The notes under the pieces are model-generated. The model saw only the letters and a list, made by a program, of their open reading frames with translations, was not told where the DNA came from and searched no databases. Source: Cereibacter sphaeroides 2.4.1 (GTDB lineage Bacteria; Pseudomonadota; Alphaproteobacteria; Rhodobacterales; Rhodobacteraceae). Taken from it: a stretch of DNA of 32,000 bases. Location: positions 150,001 to 182,000 of the forward strand of contig NC_007493.2 of NCBI RefSeq assembly GCF_000012905.2, given 5' to 3'. The position numbers and the translations under genes were made by a program. Positions within the stretch are counted from its first letter, which is position 1. Every line of letters starts with the position of its first letter. Below, one piece after another: positions 26,685 through 32,000 of the stretch.

Positions 26685-27172
26685 GCAATATCATTGATCT
26701 CAAATCGGCGGCCATGATGACGGTCGTCACCATGCGCCTCGGCCGGCAGATGCTGGCCATCCCGGCCTCGGCCCTGCGGGAAATCCTCGATCCCCTGCCG
26801 GTGACGCGGGTTCCCACGGCCGACCGATCGGTGTGGGGCGTCATCAATGTGCGCGGCGCGGTTGTCCCGGTCGCCGAGCTGCGCTTCGCCTTCGGCATCG
26901 CCGAGGAGTCGCGGACCGAAGCGAGCAAGATGCTTGTCGTCGAGGTCGATCTGGCAGGCGAGCCGCTCGTTGTTGCCGTTGCGGCCGATGCGGTCCTCGA
27001 GGTGAGCGAGCTCGACCGCGCCGCGATGGAGCCTCTTCCGCCAAAGGGAAGCAGCTGGCCGCAGTCCTTCGTTCAGGGCGTCTTCCGCACCAGGAAGGGT
27101 CTTCTCCTGCTGCCGCACCTCTCGAACATCTTCGCCGCTCAGGCATCTGCGGCCGGTGTGGCCGTCGCCTGA
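26681..27172 (+). CDS. cheW2: Chemotaxis coupling protein CheW
   Basis: 163-aa track ORF with a CheW domain (INVRGAVVPV..., VLEV...). ATGA overlap with the cheA stop. Confidence 0.9.
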   Translation: MSNIIDLKSAAMMTVVTMRLGRQMLAIPASALREILDPLPVTRVPTADRSVWGVINVRGAVVPVAELRFAFGIAEESRTEASKMLVVEVDLAGEPLVVAVAADAVLEVSELDRAAMEPLPPKGSSWPQSFVQGVFRTRKGLLLLPHLSNIFAAQASAAGVAVA

Positions 27173-27295
27173 TGTGGATCGGACGACGGGACCCCTGGTC
27201 ATGACGGCGCCGGATATTCCCGCGCGTCCCGACCGCCGCCGCCTTTCGAGCCGCCCTGTGCGGCGCTCCTTTGACTATTGATCCGGAGAACAGAG

Positions 27296-27832
27296 ATGAT
27301 CTCGATGACGGCATCCTCCTCCACGATGCAGGCCGAGCCGGTCGGTCCCGCCGAAGCCCCTCCGGTTGTCACTTTCATGGCGGGCGAGGCGCTTTATGCC
27401 CTCCCGGTCGAACGGGTGCAGGAGATCCTCGATCTGCAGCCTGTCGCCCCGCTGCCGAACGCGCCTGCCCATCTGCTGGGCCTGTGCGATGTGCGGGGAG
27501 CGGGCGTACCGGTCGTCGACCTGCGCAGTCTCCTCGGACTGCCGCCGACCGAAGATACCGGCCACAGCCGCATCCTCGTGACCTGGGTCGCATCGGCAGG
27601 CGCTCGCCATGTCGTCGGCCTCAAGACCGAGCGGGTGATTGAGGTCACCGCTCTGGACGAGGGCCGGATGCAGCAGATGAGCAGCGCGGACATGCTGAAC
27701 TGGACCGATACCGCCGTCATGGGCATTGGAAAACGCAACGGGACATTCGTCACTCTGCTCGACATCGACCGTCTGATGGACCCGTCCCGCCTCGGCCTCC
27801 AGGCAGATCTGCGGCAGGGCGAGCTGCAATGA
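27296..27832 (+). CDS. cheW3: Chemotaxis coupling protein CheW (second paralogue)
   Basis: Track ORF 27278..27832 (TTG). I prefer the in-frame ATG 18 nt downstream (MISMTASSS...), with GGAG about 7 nt upstream. CheW domain present (CDVRGAGVPVVDLR...). Confidence 0.85.
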   Translation: MISMTASSSTMQAEPVGPAEAPPVVTFMAGEALYALPVERVQEILDLQPVAPLPNAPAHLLGLCDVRGAGVPVVDLRSLLGLPPTEDTGHSRILVTWVASAGARHVVGLKTERVIEVTALDEGRMQQMSSADMLNWTDTAVMGIGKRNGTFVTLLDIDRLMDPSRLGLQADLRQGELQ

Positions 27833-28665
27833 GTCAGGCCTTGCGTCCAGCCCACGATCAGCGCTTCTCGGACCTGATCCGAAGCCGGACGGGAATTCAG
27901 CTTCCCGTCCATCGGCGCCAGATGATCGAATCGCGCCTGCGCCCCCGCATTGCAGCCGTAGGGGCGACGGGCTTCGAAGGCTATCTGGAGCAGCTCTTCG
28001 ATCACGGCCTTCTGGACGATGAGCTGCCGCTGGTCATCGATCTGCTGACGACGAACAAGACCGATTTCTATCGTGAGTCCGCTCATTTCGACGTTCTCGT
28101 GGACAAGATCGTGCCCGAGACGATCCGGCATGCGACGCCCCACGCGCCACGCCTGAAGATCTGGAGTGCCGCAAGCTCCGAAGGAGCGGAAGCCTACACC
28201 GCCGCCATTGTTCTCTCCGAAGCACAGCGGGCGGGGCACCGCTTCTCCTATGCCATCCTCGGAACGGATATCTCGCATCGGATGCTCGAAAGGGCACGCC
28301 GCGCCATCTACACCGCCGAGCAGCTCTCTCCCGTTCCCGCCGAGTTGCGCGCACGCTACACGATGGCAGGCCGCGCTCCGTCTCATGCCGGAACCGCGCG
28401 CATCGTCCCGGAACTCAGGGACAGGGTGCAGTTCATGCATCTGAACCTCATGGACAGCACCTATCCGGTTGATCGTGATGTGGACGTCATCTTTCTGCGC
28501 AACGTGCTCATCTACTTCGGTCCCGAGGATCAGGCCGCGGTCATTGCGCGCATGGCGGGCCATCTGCGGCCCGGCGGCTACCTGATGGTCGGTCATTCCG
28601 AGTCCATGGTGGTGAGCCACCCGCAGATGAAGCAGCACTCTCCCTCAGTCTTTCGGAAAACCTGA
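27829..28665 (+). CDS. cheR2: Chemotaxis protein methyltransferase CheR
   Basis: 278-aa track ORF. TTNKTDFYRE and IWSAASSEGAEAY (SAM-binding) are CheR signatures. ATGA overlap with the cheW3 stop. Confidence 0.95.
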   Translation: MSQALRPAHDQRFSDLIRSRTGIQLPVHRRQMIESRLRPRIAAVGATGFEGYLEQLFDHGLLDDELPLVIDLLTTNKTDFYRESAHFDVLVDKIVPETIRHATPHAPRLKIWSAASSEGAEAYTAAIVLSEAQRAGHRFSYAILGTDISHRMLERARRAIYTAEQLSPVPAELRARYTMAGRAPSHAGTARIVPELRDRVQFMHLNLMDSTYPVDRDVDVIFLRNVLIYFGPEDQAAVIARMAGHLRPGGYLMVGHSESMVVSHPQMKQHSPSVFRKT

Positions 28666-28667
28666 CC

Positions 28668-29777
28668 ATGACCACACACGCGGCAGCCCCCTCTACCCGC
28701 GTCCTCATCGTCGACGATTCCGCGGCCGCGCGCGCCATGTTCAAGGTGATCGTCGAGAGTGATCCGGCGCTCCAGGTCATGGCCGCCGTCCCCGACGCCT
28801 TTGCAGCTGCGCGCGCCATGCGAACGGAACTGCCTGACGTGATCCTGCTCGATCTTGAGCTTCCAGGCATGGACGGCCTGACCTTCCTGCGCAAGATCAT
28901 GCAGCAGCATCCGATCCCGGTGGTCGTCTGCTCGAGCCATGTCGGAGCCGGCACCGAGGCGATGGTCTCGGCCCTGGAACTGGGGGCGCGCGAGGTCATT
29001 TCCAAGCCCGCCGCCCGCAACGACCTCGAACGGCAGGAAGCCTCGATCCGGATCTGCGACGCGATCCGCGCCGCAACCGAGACGACGCGCCGCCGTAGCC
29101 AGCCCGAGCCGCGTCCCCTGGCGCCTGGGCCCAAACTCACCGCCGACGAGATCCTGCCCGCGCGTCCGCCGCGCCCGGTGCCAGAAACGATGCCCGTCGT
29201 CTGCATCGGCGCCTCGACCGGCGGCACCGAAGCCCTGCGGGACGTTCTCACGGCACTGCCCGCCTCCGCGCCGCCGATCGTGATCGTCCAGCACATGCCG
29301 CGCGGCTTCACGGCCGCCTTCGCGCGCCGGCTCGACTCGCTCTGCGCCATCGAGGTACTGGAGGCGGAGGATGAGATGCAGGTCATGCCCGGCCGCGCCA
29401 TCATCGCGCAGGGCGACCGCCACCTGCTGCTTCGGCGCCGCAATCAGGGCTACCGCGTGTCGGTGCTGGATGGCGCCTACGTCTGCCGCCACCGACCCTC
29501 TGTCGATGTGCTCTTCCGCTCGGCGGCGCAGGAAGCGGGCGGGAACGCGCTCGGTGTCATCATGACGGGCATGGGTGACGACGGAGCGCGCTGCATGGCC
29601 GAGATGCGTGCGGCCGGCGCGGAAACCATTGCCCAGAACGAAGAAAGCTGCGTCGTCTACGGAATGCCGCGCGAGGCGGTGGCCCATGGCGGGGTCGGGA
29701 AGGTAGAGCCTCTGGACAGGCTCGCGGCCCGGATCATGGAATTCGGCCGGCGCCACACGGAAAGGACCGTCCGATGA
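28668..29777 (+). CDS. cheB1: Chemotaxis methylesterase/deamidase CheB (REC + esterase)
   Basis: 369-aa track ORF. VLIVDDSAA...ILLDLELPGMDG (REC), GASTGG, IVQHMP and GMGDDG (catalytic domain). It starts 2 nt after the cheR stop. Confidence 0.95.
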   Translation: MTTHAAAPSTRVLIVDDSAAARAMFKVIVESDPALQVMAAVPDAFAAARAMRTELPDVILLDLELPGMDGLTFLRKIMQQHPIPVVVCSSHVGAGTEAMVSALELGAREVISKPAARNDLERQEASIRICDAIRAATETTRRRSQPEPRPLAPGPKLTADEILPARPPRPVPETMPVVCIGASTGGTEALRDVLTALPASAPPIVIVQHMPRGFTAAFARRLDSLCAIEVLEAEDEMQVMPGRAIIAQGDRHLLLRRRNQGYRVSVLDGAYVCRHRPSVDVLFRSAAQEAGGNALGVIMTGMGDDGARCMAEMRAAGAETIAQNEESCVVYGMPREAVAHGGVGKVEPLDRLAARIMEFGRRHTERTVR

Positions 29778-31516
29778 AACTGGAGCCCGATCTGCCGGAA
29801 GCCATCCGTATGGCCCAGCCCGCTCATCCGCTCGATTTCGTGCTGCTCAGCACGGAGCAGACGTTTCTCCGGGCGGGCGAGACCCTGGCGCAGGCGGTCC
29901 GCCACCTGAACGATCTGCGGGTGGATTTCGGCCGTCTCGACGCCGCCCTGGGGCCGGGGCAGGCCCGACGCTTCCTCAGCCTCACGGCTGAAACTGGCAC
30001 TCAGGCATCCTGCCTTGCGGGCGAGTTCGTGCAGTTCGAAGAGGCCTCGCGCGCGCTCAGGACAGCGGTCGGAGCCATGCGCGCCGAAGTGACGGATCTG
30101 ATGGCCACCATCCGCGCGATCTCGATCGTGAAGCTGCAGGCGCGCATCATCGGCAACATGCTTACCGGAAGCCGTCAACGGGTGGAGGCCTTCACCGGCG
30201 GGCTCACGCGGATGGCGGCCGAGGCGGCCGATCTCGTGGCCGAGGTCGATGAAGCGATGAACGAGATCGCGGCCGAGACCGCGGCGATGGACGATGAGGC
30301 CGCGCATCTGTCGCAGACGCTGCGCGAGCTCGTGCTGCCGAACCTCACGGCGATCGGCGCGGCCGCCGCAGAGGTCAGCTTGGATCGGCAGCGCATGGCC
30401 GAGGGTCACGAGGCGCTGGCGCGGCGGATGGAGGCGATCTTCGGCGCCGTTTCGCATCTCATCCTCGCCCTTCAGGCCGGAGACAGCGCCCGCCAGAGGT
30501 TCGAACATGTCCGCCACCTGACCTCCGACGCGCTGGCTGCTGCGGCGGGCGAGACGGGTCTCGAGGCGGTGCTCCTCGATCTCGGTGTGGCCCAGACAGC
30601 AGCCACCGTCCGCGGACTGACGGTCCATCTCGGCGCTGCGCAAGACACGTTCCTGGAGGTGCAGGGCAGCGCCTCTGCGGCGATCGGACTCGCCTCGGGG
30701 CTCTATCTCGGCGACGCATCGCGTGGGTCCGGCGCTATCCAGACGATGATGGGTCGCGCGCAGACGGTCGAGACCGGGCTGACCCGTTGCGGCGCACATC
30801 TGCACCGGTTGGCCGGACATGCCGCGCGCGTTGCAGCCCATCTGGAGAAGATCCGGCACCATGAGGGGCGGATGCGCCGCATCGAGGATCAGGTGCGTCT
30901 GTTCGGTCTGAACGCGGTCATCGTCTGCGCCAAGCTCGGCCAAGAGGGCCGCGCGCTGCAGGAAATCTCCCGCCAACTCCGCGACCTCACGCAGATTTCG
31001 GCCGAAGTCTTCACCCGGCTGCACGGCCGGCTGGAGCGAACGCAGGAGCGGGCGGCGGCCATTGGCAGTGAAGCCGTGGCCGGGCTCGAGCGGGAGATGG
31101 GCCGGGTGGCGGACGGCGCACAGGCCGTCCGGGCGCTCCTCGAGGAGGCCGAGGCGGCGCATGCGGCGGCAGGGAATGCCTTCGGCAAGGCGGGTCGGAT
31201 CCTGACCTCCAGCCTCGAGACCGCCGCGGGCCTGATGGGCAACTACCGGCGCAATCTGGTAAGCCTTCAGGCCTTTGAGGAGCAGCTCGTGCGCAGGCGC
31301 GCGGTTGTGAGCGGCCCGCTCGATCTGACGCCAGCCGCCGAGGGCCTGCTCGCGGCCGTGCGCAAGAGCTACACCGTCCCCGAGGAACGCGAGATCCACG
31401 ATGCGATCGTGCGGGCGGCCCTGCCGTCTCACACCGAAGAGGAAGCGGCTCCCCCTCGGATCGAGGCCGGACCGGGCGCCGGTTCCGAGGAGGATCTGGC
31501 AGACATCTTCTTCTAG
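29774..31516 (+). CDS. tlpC: Soluble (no TM segment) transducer-like chemoreceptor
   Basis: 580-aa track ORF, helical throughout and Ala/Arg/Glu-rich, with no hydrophobic segment. It has a divergent MCP signalling hairpin, RIEDQVRLFGLNAVIVCAKLGQEGRALQEISRQLRDL. Position after cheB1 matches cheOp2. ATGA overlap with the cheB stop. Confidence 0.85.
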   Translation: MKLEPDLPEAIRMAQPAHPLDFVLLSTEQTFLRAGETLAQAVRHLNDLRVDFGRLDAALGPGQARRFLSLTAETGTQASCLAGEFVQFEEASRALRTAVGAMRAEVTDLMATIRAISIVKLQARIIGNMLTGSRQRVEAFTGGLTRMAAEAADLVAEVDEAMNEIAAETAAMDDEAAHLSQTLRELVLPNLTAIGAAAAEVSLDRQRMAEGHEALARRMEAIFGAVSHLILALQAGDSARQRFEHVRHLTSDALAAAAGETGLEAVLLDLGVAQTAATVRGLTVHLGAAQDTFLEVQGSASAAIGLASGLYLGDASRGSGAIQTMMGRAQTVETGLTRCGAHLHRLAGHAARVAAHLEKIRHHEGRMRRIEDQVRLFGLNAVIVCAKLGQEGRALQEISRQLRDLTQISAEVFTRLHGRLERTQERAAAIGSEAVAGLEREMGRVADGAQAVRALLEEAEAAHAAAGNAFGKAGRILTSSLETAAGLMGNYRRNLVSLQAFEEQLVRRRAVVSGPLDLTPAAEGLLAAVRKSYTVPEEREIHDAIVRAALPSHTEEEAAPPRIEAGPGAGSEEDLADIFF

Positions 31517-31563
31517 CCCTTGCCCCCTGCTTCTCCGCACTAGCTCTGGGAGGGGAGGTTCGC

Positions 31564-32000
31564 ATGGGTGAATTGATCGAGGGTGTCTGGCACCCGAACT
31601 GGTACGATACGGCCTCGAACGGTGGCCGCTTTGTCCGAAGCCGGGCGCGGTTTCGCAACTGGATCACGGCGGACGGGTCTCCGGGACCGTCAGGCGAGGG
31701 CGGATTTCCGGCCGAGGCCGGGCGGTATCATCTTTATGTGGCCCACGCTTGTCCCTGGGCGCACCGGACGATGATCTTTCGCGCGCTGAAGGATCTGGCT
31801 CCGCTGATCGATGTGTCGGTGGTCCATCCCGAGATGCTGGAGGACGGATGGACCTTCGATCGCTCCTTCCCCGGCGCCACCGGAGACCGGCTCTACGGCC
31901 TGGCCTTCCTGCGCGAGATCTACCTCAAGGCCGATCCCGGGATCTCGGCGCGGGTGACGGTGCCGGTCCTGTGGGACCGAAAGCGCGAGACCATCGTCAG
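31564..32000 (+). CDS. Glutathionyl-hydroquinone reductase / omega(Xi)-class GST (YqjG/ECM4-like), N-terminal part; runs off the right edge
   Basis: Own translation from the ATG at 31564, which is preceded by GGGAGGGGAGG: MGELIEGVWHPNWYDTASNGGRFVRSRARFRNWITADGSPGP...GRYHLYVAHACPWAHRTMIFRALKDL... The CPWAHR active-site motif is present. Confidence 0.85.
   Translation, partial: MGELIEGVWHPNWYDTASNGGRFVRSRARFRNWITADGSPGPSGEGGFPAEAGRYHLYVAHACPWAHRTMIFRALKDLAPLIDVSVVHPEMLEDGWTFDRSFPGATGDRLYGLAFLREIYLKADPGISARVTVPVLWDRKRETIV

Noticed and set aside
27240-27721. An apparent -1/+1 frame discrepancy in cheW3. It arose when I read the printed sequence by eye across the line boundaries at 27240/27241 and 27720/27721, which made the gene look like a possible frameshift or pseudogene.
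   Set aside because: The computed ORF track shows uninterrupted ORFs on both strands through this interval (27278..27832 +, 27275..27829 -, 26844..27314 -). Their translations are only consistent with an intact frame. I attribute the discrepancy to my manual reading. I use track coordinates here, and my own hand-derived coordinates in this interval may be off by 1 nt.
31490-31516. The C-terminal ADIFF of TlpC as a canonical CheR/CheB-docking pentapeptide.
   Set aside because: It does not fit the NWETF-type pattern, which has an aromatic residue at position 2. Only the general layout of linker plus hydrophobic tail is noted in the findings.

Overview
High-GC (about 67-70%) alphaproteobacterial chromosome. 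I recognise it as Cereibacter (Rhodobacter) sphaeroides-type from the AppA protein sequence and from the gene order of chemotaxis operon 2. This is core, densely packed DNA. I saw no rRNA, tRNA, CRISPR array, IS or phage genes by eye.

Gene content, left to right:
- Minus-strand metabolic cluster: LLM oxidoreductase, FAH-family hydrolase, AAE3-like acyl-CoA synthetase, PanE-like reductase.
- AI-2E/PerM-family transporter.
- appA, the BLUF/SCHIC antirepressor of PpsR.
- A divergent two-domain CbiX-type chelatase.
- A minus-strand chain of overlapping genes: purE, purK, class-III aminotransferase, glutamine-synthetase-like ligase. A hybrid PAS histidine kinase (REC + HPt) follows it.
- A DUF465 gene, divergent from an hsp20-DUF1150 pair.
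- Cytochrome b561.
- Fused ATP sulfurylase/APS kinase.
- trxB, divergent from an Lrp/AsnC regulator.
- pgeF, a NDUFAF7-like methyltransferase and lgt as one minus-strand operon, divergent from ubiK.
- The complete cheOp2-type operon: STAS/CheS-like, cheY3, cheA2, cheW2, cheW3, cheR2, cheB1, tlpC.
- The start of a YqjG-type glutathione transferase.

Most of the long ORFs in the six-frame track are antisense or out-of-frame shadows, as expected at this GC content.

Observations most worth follow-up:
1. A cobalamin-riboswitch-like RNA motif on the minus strand, inside the appA 5' leader. I am not aware of this being described and cannot verify it here.
2. A sigma32-type promoter plus a ROSE-like RNA thermometer in front of hsp20, with a translationally coupled DUF1150 gene.
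3. The purEK genes translationally chained to an aminotransferase/GS-like module.
4. An uncharacterised CheS-like STAS gene at the head of the che operon.

I found no clear self-contained novel multi-gene system such as a defence island.
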